Shown here: positions 49,823 to 58,875 of the stretch, piece after piece
Layout: each line of letters begins with the position of its first letter
Numbering within the stretch: position 1 is the stretch's first letter
Source of the DNA: a virus
Lineage: Duplodnaviria; Caudoviricetes
Length of the DNA: 64,000 nt
IMG/VR virus record: IMGVR_UViG_2791355084_000002
Coordinates: 1 to 64,000 of that record
Direction: 5' to 3' (one strand)
Notes under the pieces: generated by a model
The model's input: only the letters and a program-made list of their open reading frames with translations
The model's database searches: none
Told to the model about the DNA's origin: nothing
Position numbers and translations under genes: made by a program

Positions 49823-51004
49823 TTGAAGAAAAACATCGGAAACAAAACACCTAGCTTATTATTACTGATTGTACTAGTAGGCTTCCCACAGATTAGTGAA
49901 ACTATTTTTAGCCCATCATTACCATCTATCGCAGCAGTATTTGAAACTTCTATGAGTGATGCACAGCTTACGATGAGTGTGTATTTTATCGCTTTTGCCT
50001 TCGGAGTATTTTTCTTTGGGCGTTTATCCGATAAAATCGGTCGTCGCAAGGCAATGCTATATGGGCTATTCTTATATTTTTTTGGTAACGTACTTTGTTT
50101 AGTAGCAAATGAAATGGCGGTTTTATTAGTCGCACGGTTTATTCAAGCTTTTGGTGCAAGTGTTGGCTCTGTCGTGACACAAACGATTTTACGAGAAAGT
50201 TTTTCTGGTGTTGAGCGTCATAAATTGTTTGCTCAAATTACAGCTGCCCTTGCCTTCACACCTGCCCTTGGTCCATTAATCGGTGGTTTTACTGATTATT
50301 ATTTTGGCTTTAAGGTCGTATTTTTTGTGTTAGTTGCTATGAGTATTATTGTATTTTGCTACGCGTATATACGCTTACCTGAAACAGTGCTAACAACAAT
50401 CCAAATGAAGCCTATACTACCAATAGTAAAGCGCATGTTTACAAATGCGCGTCTATGGCGCTACGGCGTATTAATTGGCGGTATTAACGGTGTATTATTT
50501 AGCTATTATACCGAAGCACCATTTATTTTTACGCAATACTTTAAACTAACAAGTGCTGTGTATGGTTTTTTAGGTATTATCGTTGCTCTCGCTTCTATTG
50601 CGGGTGCGATGCTATCTAAACGACTTGTTAGCCATACAAAACCTGAGAAGATTATCGTACAAGGGTTAGTCATTATGCTCATCGGTACATTGCTCGCTAC
50701 ATCGGTGCAATTTTTACCAAATGCATTACAAATGCCAACCATGATTGTTAGTGTGTTCATTATTTTATTTGGTACAGGTACCGCTTTACCAATCTGTTTA
50801 AGCATAGCGCTCATTGACTTTCAAGACGTCATTGGTTCTGCCAGTGCGATATTTAGCTTAGGGTATTATTTACTCGTTAGCGCTACAATCTATGGTATGA
50901 GCATTTTCCATAATGGAACAGTCCTTGCAATGCCCCTATATTTTTTAGCACTAGGGATTGTTATGCTCTTAATAAGCTTACCATTACTTTATAAAAAGAT
51001 GTGA
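49823..51004 (+). CDS. Bcr/CflA-like MFS drug efflux transporter (moron)
   Basis: GRLSDKIGRR MFS motif A, PSLP.I, ARFIQAFG, ~12 TMs. Confidence 0.9.
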   Translation: MKKNIGNKTPSLLLLIVLVGFPQISETIFSPSLPSIAAVFETSMSDAQLTMSVYFIAFAFGVFFFGRLSDKIGRRKAMLYGLFLYFFGNVLCLVANEMAVLLVARFIQAFGASVGSVVTQTILRESFSGVERHKLFAQITAALAFTPALGPLIGGFTDYYFGFKVVFFVLVAMSIIVFCYAYIRLPETVLTTIQMKPILPIVKRMFTNARLWRYGVLIGGINGVLFSYYTEAPFIFTQYFKLTSAVYGFLGIIVALASIAGAMLSKRLVSHTKPEKIIVQGLVIMLIGTLLATSVQFLPNALQMPTMIVSVFIILFGTGTALPICLSIALIDFQDVIGSASAIFSLGYYLLVSATIYGMSIFHNGTVLAMPLYFLALGIVMLLISLPLLYKKM

Positions 51005-51199
51005 AGTGTTAAATTCTTGCTCTACGTAATAGAGCTACTATCGTATTTAAAAGTTGAATTGAAAATAGACGTCATTTCGAATGTGAAAGCTACAATAATC
51101 GTTTCATAATGTTGTTTATAAAAGTATCCTCTTTTGAGGGTGCTTTTTCTTTTGCTTGAAAGTAAGCATATGAAATACATTTTCAGTTGGTGATAAAGA

Positions 51200-52939
51200 A
51201 TGCTAGTCGTTAAAAACTTTGCTGGAAATCAGACAGAGCCTTTTTTCACAACATCTGCACCAGTATTCGAACAAGATACTCTAGGCAATTTAACGCTTGA
51301 ATTCACAATCAATAAATCAAATAACGAAGATGGATTTAACCTTCTTCAAGAAGAGTCAATTGTCACAGCAGCTAATTATGATTTTCGAGTAAAACAATTA
51401 ATTGATAATAAGCCAGAACGCAAAACCATCCTTGCCATCTCGACATTCTTTGACTTAGCGTATCAATTTAAAGATAAAACTTTTGGTGGCACTCATAGCA
51501 GTCAAGAGTTTATAACCTACTTGCTTTCTGGTACAGGTTGGAGCGCAACTATTGATTTCACGGAAACTGCTACAATTTATAAATTTGGTTCAAAAAACAT
51601 CATCCAGTGTGTTAATCAAATCTGTGATGCCTTCAATTGTGAATTTGAGATATTACCAAATAACCGAGTTCACTTTAGTAAATCACTTGGTCCGGATAAT
51701 GGAGCACAGTATCGCTATGGTCATAACATTAAAGCACTTAGCCGAAAGATTGATACAACCCATCTACGAACAAAAATTACAGCAACAGGTAAAAATGGTT
51801 TGACTGTAACCTACACCTCACCAAATCACACAATATGGGGTATTCGTATTGCTAATCCAATTAGTGACGAGCGATTTACAAATGCAGATAACCTATTGAA
51901 AAAGGCTAAGGATGCACTTATTGACTATCCAGAAGTATCGTTTGAGCTGGATACAATCGAATTATTAGATAAACAGTTAGGTGAAAAGGTATGGCTGATT
52001 TACGAGCCGATTGAGGGCCTGAAGCTACAGACTCGAATACTTAAACGTTTTTGTATTGTAGATGAGGTTATAGACGAGTTAAAGACTATGGCTGTCACAC
52101 TAGGCAACTCCTTACCTCGCACAATGTCAGATAATGAGGTTGATACGGAAGAGCTTATCGAAGATACAAAAGAAGAACTAAGTGAAGTTATCGAGGAAAA
52201 TAAAAAGGAATATAAGTCTGCCATCACACAAACTGATAGCCGTATTACCCTTGAGGTAGAAAAGTTAAATAAATCAATTGCTACTATTGATTTGAAAGCC
52301 GACCAGATTAGTCTATCAGTGAGTAATCGAATTGCAAATGAAGTGGCTGCTATTAATGTTCGTGCTAATCAAATACAGTCAACGGTAAGTGCTCAAAGCG
52401 TTTCAATTGGCAACTTAAATAACCGTATAGGTAGCGCTGAAAGTAGTATTACACAGCAATCTTGGCAAATCAGTCAAAAGGTAAGTACAACGGATTACAA
52501 TGGCAATACCATTGCATCTTTAATTAATCAAACATCCACCACAATTAGTATTCAAGCATCAAAAATTAATCTTGTAGGCGCAGTTAGGGTTCTTTCAGAC
52601 ATTAGTGGGAATTTAGGTTCGATTACTTCGGGTAACATTCATATTAAAGAAGATATTCACATGGGACGCAGACTCTACTTTAGTGATATGACATCTGTAG
52701 GAGGCGCAAATGGGACGATTCAATTAAGTGCTTGGAATGACATTATATATAGCGGATCACGTCACTCTTTTAATGGAACGGTTGATTTTAGTGGAGCAAG
52801 AGTAGTAGGCCTTGGCGGTGGAGGAAATTATGTAAGTACTAACACGCTTGGTCTAGAAATTACACAAAGTACAAATAATGCAAGAACAATTGTTTTTAAA
52901 CGATATGGTCGGGATTTAGGTACGATTACATTAAGATAA
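51200..52939 (+). CDS. Tal / prophage tail endopeptidase-family baseplate protein
   Basis: GTGW, YRYG.NI, D.RFT...L N-terminal fold; coiled coil; I.ASKINL.G. Confidence 0.8.
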   Translation: MLVVKNFAGNQTEPFFTTSAPVFEQDTLGNLTLEFTINKSNNEDGFNLLQEESIVTAANYDFRVKQLIDNKPERKTILAISTFFDLAYQFKDKTFGGTHSSQEFITYLLSGTGWSATIDFTETATIYKFGSKNIIQCVNQICDAFNCEFEILPNNRVHFSKSLGPDNGAQYRYGHNIKALSRKIDTTHLRTKITATGKNGLTVTYTSPNHTIWGIRIANPISDERFTNADNLLKKAKDALIDYPEVSFELDTIELLDKQLGEKVWLIYEPIEGLKLQTRILKRFCIVDEVIDELKTMAVTLGNSLPRTMSDNEVDTEELIEDTKEELSEVIEENKKEYKSAITQTDSRITLEVEKLNKSIATIDLKADQISLSVSNRIANEVAAINVRANQIQSTVSAQSVSIGNLNNRIGSAESSITQQSWQISQKVSTTDYNGNTIASLINQTSTTISIQASKINLVGAVRVLSDISGNLGSITSGNIHIKEDIHMGRRLYFSDMTSVGGANGTIQLSAWNDIIYSGSRHSFNGTVDFSGARVVGLGGGGNYVSTNTLGLEITQSTNNARTIVFKRYGRDLGTITLR

Positions 52940-52954
52940 GGAGAAATATTAGCT

Positions 52955-53311
52955 ATGGAACAGAATTATTTTCTAATTTCAAATGAAGGAACAGCGTTCG
53001 CATTAGAGGGGAAAATAGACTTAGGACAGATTCAAAAGATTTTAAATACACCACAAAATGTTGCTGTACGATTAGGACGTAAAGTGGTCAATAAGTTTAT
53101 GATTCATGCTGTGGCAAAAAATGAATGTTCCGACATGGAGAATTATAATTTAGATATCACAGTCGGACAAAGTAAGCTTCGTACGAATGCGGGTGATTTA
53201 GAAAAGGTATTAGATGCACTAGAATCTGATATTAATAAAATGGAGTATGTCTTGATAAATGACGCAATGTTGATTTTTAAGCATGCTTTTCAGGTTGCTG
53301 AGGCAGAATAA
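52955..53311 (+). CDS. Hypothetical phage protein
   Basis: aaggag RBS; co-oriented after Tal. Confidence 0.6.
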   Translation: MEQNYFLISNEGTAFALEGKIDLGQIQKILNTPQNVAVRLGRKVVNKFMIHAVAKNECSDMENYNLDITVGQSKLRTNAGDLEKVLDALESDINKMEYVLINDAMLIFKHAFQVAEAE

Positions 53312-53387
53312 ATAATCAAAAAGTATTACTGACTAACCTGACTAATTATTAAATAATATCTATATATGTTATTAGGAGGATTAGTTA

Positions 53388-53945
53388 GTGAAGTCTATAA
53401 ATACAAAAGTACATCAAACAATTATGGATGTTTGGCGTTATGATATTAAAAGTGATTATAATCATCATTTTTTACTTAAAGAAGATACACTAAAAAATGC
53501 AATGTATTATCATATTCGAAATCGACTAGGTGATACATTCATAAAAGACAACAACTTAGCAATTTTTACTGAATATTATATCGATACGAATCAAAAAATC
53601 GATTTAGTAGTAGTGAAAATAGATGTAGATAAAGCAAAAAATGATTATTTAGGTGATTGTATAGAGGAAATAATAGCAATTGTAGAAATGAAGTATAAAG
53701 GACGGAATGTTTCAGAAAAACATTTTATCAATGATGTTGAAAAAGTATTAGTATTCACTAATCAGTTTAAATCAGAGGCAACGAAGTTCTTTCTAGCGTT
53801 TATTAGGGAAAAATATTTTATTGCTGATGAAGTTACTAATTTTTTATCATTTTATAAAGGTTATCCAGGTGGTAGAATAGTAGAACTTTTATCGTATGGA
53901 TCTGTTGAGGAAGATGATATGGTTTGGAAAGTATTTGAATCTTGA
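53388..53945 (+). CDS. PD-(D/E)XK nuclease-like moron
   Basis: E..L, TEY, KIDLVVV, VEMK, D..K pattern; AT-rich. Confidence 0.55.
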   Translation: MKSINTKVHQTIMDVWRYDIKSDYNHHFLLKEDTLKNAMYYHIRNRLGDTFIKDNNLAIFTEYYIDTNQKIDLVVVKIDVDKAKNDYLGDCIEEIIAIVEMKYKGRNVSEKHFINDVEKVLVFTNQFKSEATKFFLAFIREKYFIADEVTNFLSFYKGYPGGRIVELLSYGSVEEDDMVWKVFES

Positions 53946-54104
53946 TGAAGATCAAAGCCGTATCTTAAATAATTTTTTAGATTGATTTATTCTTATATAA
54001 TGCGCTGAAAAACAATCGAGTTATGCAACAGTATCAAGTTACTGTTATGTATCTCAAAGTTTTTCAGCGCTTTTATGTTAATAAATAAGGGTGGTGGTAT
54101 TGGT

Positions 54105-54404
54105 ATGGATGTAGTTGCAGTAAATGAAATTGCTACAAGCCAAGCAGTTTGGGCAATAGCATGTTTAATTATTGCATATGGGGCATTTCGGTATTTAATT
54201 AGTAAAAACGATAAGTTGATGAACAGAGCTGAAGAACGTGAAAACAAATTAATGGATCACTTAGAACGGTCTAATGAATCGCAAGAAAGAACCGCAATTG
54301 CACTTGAAGGAATAAATCGGTCGTTGAATGTTTTGGAAGGTCGTGTCGATCGTATCGAAAAACACACACTCAAAAATAAAAACGCAGAAAGGGAAGATGA
54401 ATAA
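54105..54404 (+). CDS. BhlA/UviB-like holin-associated protein
   Basis: SQAVWA, single TM, EEREN.L coiled coil. Confidence 0.75.
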   Translation: MDVVAVNEIATSQAVWAIACLIIAYGAFRYLISKNDKLMNRAEERENKLMDHLERSNESQERTAIALEGINRSLNVLEGRVDRIEKHTLKNKNAEREDE

Positions 54405-54667
54405 TGGATCTAACGAACATTTTTACACTTGCAGCGATAATGGTTGCTTTCGTTTTAGCCGTTTCAGAGGTACTAAAAAAGACATTCAAAATAAATACAC
54501 AATACATGCCAATCACTTCTGTTGTGATTGGTATTTTTGTTGGTCTAGTTTGTTGGCCGTTATCAGAGTATCCAGTGTACGTCATGATAATTGCTGGTTT
54601 TGTTGCAGGATTAACAGCCTCTGGAACATTTGATTTGTTAAAAGCATCCAAAAAGGTTGGTGGATAG
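54404..54667 (+). CDS. Holin (3 TM)
   Basis: SE..K, Y.P..SV.IG, AGL.ASG.FD. Confidence 0.85.
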   Translation: MDLTNIFTLAAIMVAFVLAVSEVLKKTFKINTQYMPITSVVIGIFVGLVCWPLSEYPVYVMIIAGFVAGLTASGTFDLLKASKKVGG

Positions 54668-54668
54668 T

Positions 54669-55340
54669 ATGACTAGTGTCACAACAACATGTCGAGATTT
54701 AGGTGAATTACTACCAGTAGCGCAAACGGCTTGCAGATTGCTCTTTCAACAGTGCTACAAAGCAGGTATTCAAAATATCTTCGTTACAGAAACCTACCGT
54801 TCGCAGGCAAGGCAAAATTATCTATATGCACAAGGTCGAACAAGACCAGGGAAAATTGTAACTTGGACACTGAAGAGTAATCACACTTCACGTTTAGCAT
54901 GGGACATTGCCGTGGCTCCCCCGAAACCCTTATATGATGTAGATACATTAACAAAAGTTGGAGCAATAGCTCGTAAGTTAGGTATTACGTGGGGCGGTGA
55001 TTGGGCACGCAGAATTGACCGTCCACATTTTGAAGTGAAACGAAATTGGAAGATGCCTAAAGGCTACAAGTTAGAAGGACAAGTAATCGTACCAAGTAAC
55101 AGTAAAATGAAAGTCCAATTAATTGTGCAAGATAAGAAGGAGGAGATTACGGTGGCTAATACAATTTGGAATCCTGGTTCACCAGCAATGAGAACTGAAA
55201 CGGAAAACTTTATTGCACAGGCGGTGAAGGAGGGGATTATTAATGCTTCACACTTGAAAGATTTACAAAGTGGCTTAATGACAACTGATCGTTTAGTTGG
55301 GTTGTATATTACTATTCAGCAGAGACGTAACAGAAAGTAA
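54669..55340 (+). CDS. M15-family L-Ala-D-Glu peptidase endolysin
   Basis: Close paralogue of 2393-3088 with an intact DRPHFE motif. Confidence 0.92.
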   Translation: MTSVTTTCRDLGELLPVAQTACRLLFQQCYKAGIQNIFVTETYRSQARQNYLYAQGRTRPGKIVTWTLKSNHTSRLAWDIAVAPPKPLYDVDTLTKVGAIARKLGITWGGDWARRIDRPHFEVKRNWKMPKGYKLEGQVIVPSNSKMKVQLIVQDKKEEITVANTIWNPGSPAMRTETENFIAQAVKEGIINASHLKDLQSGLMTTDRLVGLYITIQQRRNRK

Positions 55341-55347
55341 TAAATTT

Positions 55348-55378
55348 AAGCCCTGCTCAAAAATGAGTGGGGTTTTTT
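55348..55378 (+). terminator. Terminator after the endolysin
   Basis: aagccctgctca...tgagtggggtttttt. Confidence 0.65.
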
Positions 55379-55560
55379 GATATCTTATTTTGGTTGAACG
55401 AACGTAATAGCTCCACAATAAATGGTGCAAGGTGAACCAGCGTTAAATAATTGGTTGGAATAATAAATGGAAATTTTTAACCAACTGGAGTTGGGATAAG
55501 GTATTATTAAAGTAGAGAGATAAATGGATATTTAAATCGATTAACAGAAGGAGTTTGAGC

Positions 55561-56088
55561 ATGATAAAACAAGCTGAATTACTATGGGAGCGTATAATTG
55601 AAAGAGGCTCAAATCAAGTTATTAATTTTAAAGAAGCACTAAATCTTCAACCAAGTGCAACAGTTGAAGAGTTCCAACTAATTGAAAGCACTATAGGCGT
55701 GCATCTCCCAGAAGAAATGAAAAGTTTTTATAGTGTTTATAATGGACAAGTTTGGGATTTAGGAGTAGAGCCTTTTGTTAGAAATTTAACACTCTCTCCA
55801 ATTTCGGAAATTATTAAAAACTGGGAGTTTCTACAGGAAGAATTTGATCCTGATGACATAATGCCAGATATTAATTATGGTGCTGAGGTTAAACCATTTC
55901 TCTGGAATAAAAAGTGGATTCCAATTGCTGAAAATGGAGGAGGAGATTATCTTTGTCTTGACACCGATCCAACTGAGGCTGGAATATTTGGACAAGTGCT
56001 ATATTTTTACCATGATTATGGCAATCGTTTAATTGAAGCAAAAAAATTATATGAATTTATAGAAGTTTGTTTGAATGAAGAAAGTTAA
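55561..56088 (+). CDS. SMI1/KNR4 (SUKH) immunity protein
   Basis: LPEE...FY...NGQ, W.PIA..GGGDY.C.D.DP...G..GQV. Confidence 0.88.
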   Translation: MIKQAELLWERIIERGSNQVINFKEALNLQPSATVEEFQLIESTIGVHLPEEMKSFYSVYNGQVWDLGVEPFVRNLTLSPISEIIKNWEFLQEEFDPDDIMPDINYGAEVKPFLWNKKWIPIAENGGGDYLCLDTDPTEAGIFGQVLYFYHDYGNRLIEAKKLYEFIEVCLNEES

Positions 56089-56526
56089 GTGACAGCAAGT
56101 ATTAAACAAATACGACCACTTCAATATAGGCTGTCTTTATCAAATAAGTTCTAATAGATAAGTTAATAAAGACAATTACACTTTTTAATGAAGTTCACAA
56201 ATATTACACAAGATATAAGAGAAACCTTAATAATACAAGGTTTCAAAGCATAAATTAATTTCCTCCTGGGACGTCTATTGTAAATCGCAGAATAATTTTA
56301 AGTACTCATACCATTGAAATCACAAACAGAGGAATTGCTTAGGGCGATTAAAAAATCACTCATTCCAAAAATCATGAATGATTTTTATATTTCGCAGCTG
56401 CTCAGTATTATATAATTTTATATTTTTTTGTACCCCAGTGTACCTGAAAAGTGGAGGTATAGGGTGAAACAGATATCACTATTTTTTACTAAATCAAATA
56501 TTAAAAATAAACGTCTACACTTCTAA

Positions 56527-56757
56527 TATGTTCTAATTTGAATAAATATAAATTTTGAAGTATGTATATTACTAGGGTGTGTCATTTTTTTACACCTAAA
56601 AAAAGCAACCAAAGCAACAAAAAAGCAACCAAAAATCTGAATGCAGGTGAATATCGGTGAAATCGAAACATTATACAAGTGTGAAAAACCTTGCTATAAT
56701 GGGCTTTGTGATTACATATGAAAGAGGGTAAAAGCATGAATGCTTACGACGAATGTA
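56527..56757 (+). repeat. 231-bp direct repeat, copy 2 (att junction B/C)
   Basis: Matches 5766-5996; followed, like copy 1, by cttgatatatcaacgttt. Confidence 0.9.
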
Positions 56758-56975
56758 TGCGTTCATGCTTTTACTATGTCTTGATATATCAACGTTTGTA
56801 GGGGTTTTTTGAGGTTGTTTTTTTGGAAAAAGTCACGAGAAATAAACATTTATTCTTTATTTTAGAAAATTGCTTTTAATCATTATATTTTTGGTAGAAT
56901 ATAACATAGTGTTATTCTTCTTAATTATTTTTAGTATACAATATTGAAACTAGAATATATATGGTGAGGTGAGTC

Positions 56976-58832
56976 ATGAAAATTAGAGACTTGGAAAAGT
57001 ATGCAGATAAAGAACCAGGTAAATTAATAGAAAATATAGAAAAATTATTATTAAGAAATAATTATGAACTTGCTTTAAATGAAATTAAAAAATCGGGAAT
57101 TTGTATTTCTACTTTTGGGACGGGGAAACCTAAAAATAAAAAACTCTATGAAAAATTATTAGAATTGCTTAAAAAAAATAGAGTTGATGAAAAGTTAATA
57201 AACAAATTTAATCAGGAAGTAGAAGAAATCAATTATCTATATAAACAGTTTAATAAAGAATCAATGCTACCTATTGAAGAAAGAATACCTGATGTATATC
57301 ATGTCTCTGCTTATTTAATAGCTTTAGAAAATTATTTAAGATACTTATCGAATAATTTAAGAAGTGAAGATACTGTAAATATATTTGAAAATACAATACA
57401 ATCTACCGGTGATATTTTAAAATATTTAATTTATTATAAAAAATTACCTATAAATTATTCGGAAAGAGTAAAAAAAGAATATATGGATGAAGCATTTAAA
57501 CATTTTGAGTCTGCGGCAAATCATCTAGTTCTTACTAAAATTTTAGAGTCTTGGACTTATTTTGATGTTGAAATATCCTCAAATTCTAGTATGAATTTTT
57601 CATTAAATATTATTGATGATTATTGCAGAGCAAAAAATATTACTCACTTGACATTTTTAGATAAGAGGATGTCAAAAATGCAATCGAAAATGCTTCACAG
57701 TATTTACAATAAAACTAAGTTTAACGAAAATGCTGTTCTAGCTCCTGATAACTTCTTTTCTTTTAATGAACTAATAGCTACAGAATTTTTATATGACTAC
57801 TTTAGTACTAAGAATTTAAACTATAAAATCAATGAAATTCCGTTAAAAATATACTTGAGAGCATATGCTGTAATCGAAAGTGCATGTATAGAATTTTTGA
57901 ATAAAAAGCGCAATTTATTTGAAATAAATTTAAATTCTTTTTGTTTAGTATTAAGTAAGTCTAAATGGAAAAAGAAGTTTCAAAATGGGGGAATACCAAT
58001 TAAATATTTGAACAAATTGATAAACTTTTTAACTTTTAATAATAAATCAAGTGATTTGTTTGATACTCCTTTTATTGAAATAGAAGATAAACTTCTGGTT
58101 ATTCCATCAATTGGTGTTGGTATAGATAGTGCAAGATCTACGCTTTTAAATGCTGCTACAAGAGAGTTTAATATATCTTTTAAAGGAGAAAGATTTGAGC
58201 AGAAAATATTATCCACTTTAAAAGATGTCGGTCTAAAATGTGAAAATATTAAAAAAATAGAAAAGATGGAGAAAGAGAATGAAATATACGAATGTGATGC
58301 TGTATTCATTCTAGATAAAACTTTATTTTTTGTTGAAATTAAAAATTGGCCAATCCCTACAACTTATAGAGAATATGCTTTGTATATTGACGAAATCAAT
58401 AAAACTCACTCTCAACTAATAAGAATTTCTAATTATTTTACTTCTGAACCCAATTTAAAAGAAATTATGAATAAATTTGAAGTAACTGAACCACTTACAG
58501 TAAAGAGAATTATTTTAACAAATGTACCTAATGGAGGTGCATGTAATTTTAAAGATACGATAGTAACAGATGACATTGAATTTATTGGTTATTTTAAAAG
58601 GAGACCACCAAATGAAGTTAATTTAAATAGGGGTTTAGTTACATTAAAACCACTTATTCGAGAATATTATAGTGGCCCTATTAACTCTGATCAATTTATT
58701 AAATTTTTAGAAGATAAACCATTCGTCAAGTTACAAGATACTAGAATTAACAAAAAAAAATACAATATTAATTTAGGTATAAACATAGAGTTAAACGAAT
58801 TTGAATTTAAAAATTTAGAAATTATTAATTAA
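56976..58832 (+). CDS. Large AT-rich protein with a C-terminal NERD/PD-(D/E)XK-like nuclease domain
   Basis: KG..FE, E.DAVF......FVEIK. Confidence 0.6.
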   Translation: MKIRDLEKYADKEPGKLIENIEKLLLRNNYELALNEIKKSGICISTFGTGKPKNKKLYEKLLELLKKNRVDEKLINKFNQEVEEINYLYKQFNKESMLPIEERIPDVYHVSAYLIALENYLRYLSNNLRSEDTVNIFENTIQSTGDILKYLIYYKKLPINYSERVKKEYMDEAFKHFESAANHLVLTKILESWTYFDVEISSNSSMNFSLNIIDDYCRAKNITHLTFLDKRMSKMQSKMLHSIYNKTKFNENAVLAPDNFFSFNELIATEFLYDYFSTKNLNYKINEIPLKIYLRAYAVIESACIEFLNKKRNLFEINLNSFCLVLSKSKWKKKFQNGGIPIKYLNKLINFLTFNNKSSDLFDTPFIEIEDKLLVIPSIGVGIDSARSTLLNAATREFNISFKGERFEQKILSTLKDVGLKCENIKKIEKMEKENEIYECDAVFILDKTLFFVEIKNWPIPTTYREYALYIDEINKTHSQLIRISNYFTSEPNLKEIMNKFEVTEPLTVKRIILTNVPNGGACNFKDTIVTDDIEFIGYFKRRPPNEVNLNRGLVTLKPLIREYYSGPINSDQFIKFLEDKPFVKLQDTRINKKKYNINLGINIELNEFEFKNLEIIN

Positions 58833-58875
58833 GAGAAAAGGAGAAGCTTTATTCTAATATAGAATCCCCTTTTCA

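Larger units (their letters stand above)
5975..56757. mobile_element. Prophage B, ~50.8 kb siphovirus-like, probably defective
   Basis: Canonical module order from integrase to lysis, bounded by direct repeats; packaging genes disrupted. Confidence 0.9.

Noticed and set aside
2393-55340. Diversity-generating retroelement template/variable repeat pair (duplicated endolysin and repressor tails)
   Set aside because: No reverse transcriptase in the window, and the differences are not adenine-specific
55391-55465. Family-1 site upstream of the SMI1 gene
   Set aside because: Only separated, degenerate half-arms; half-sites at ~31913 and ~36933 were likewise not counted
56255-56280. tRNA gene
   Set aside because: Only an 11-bp 3'-end-like match; no cloverleaf
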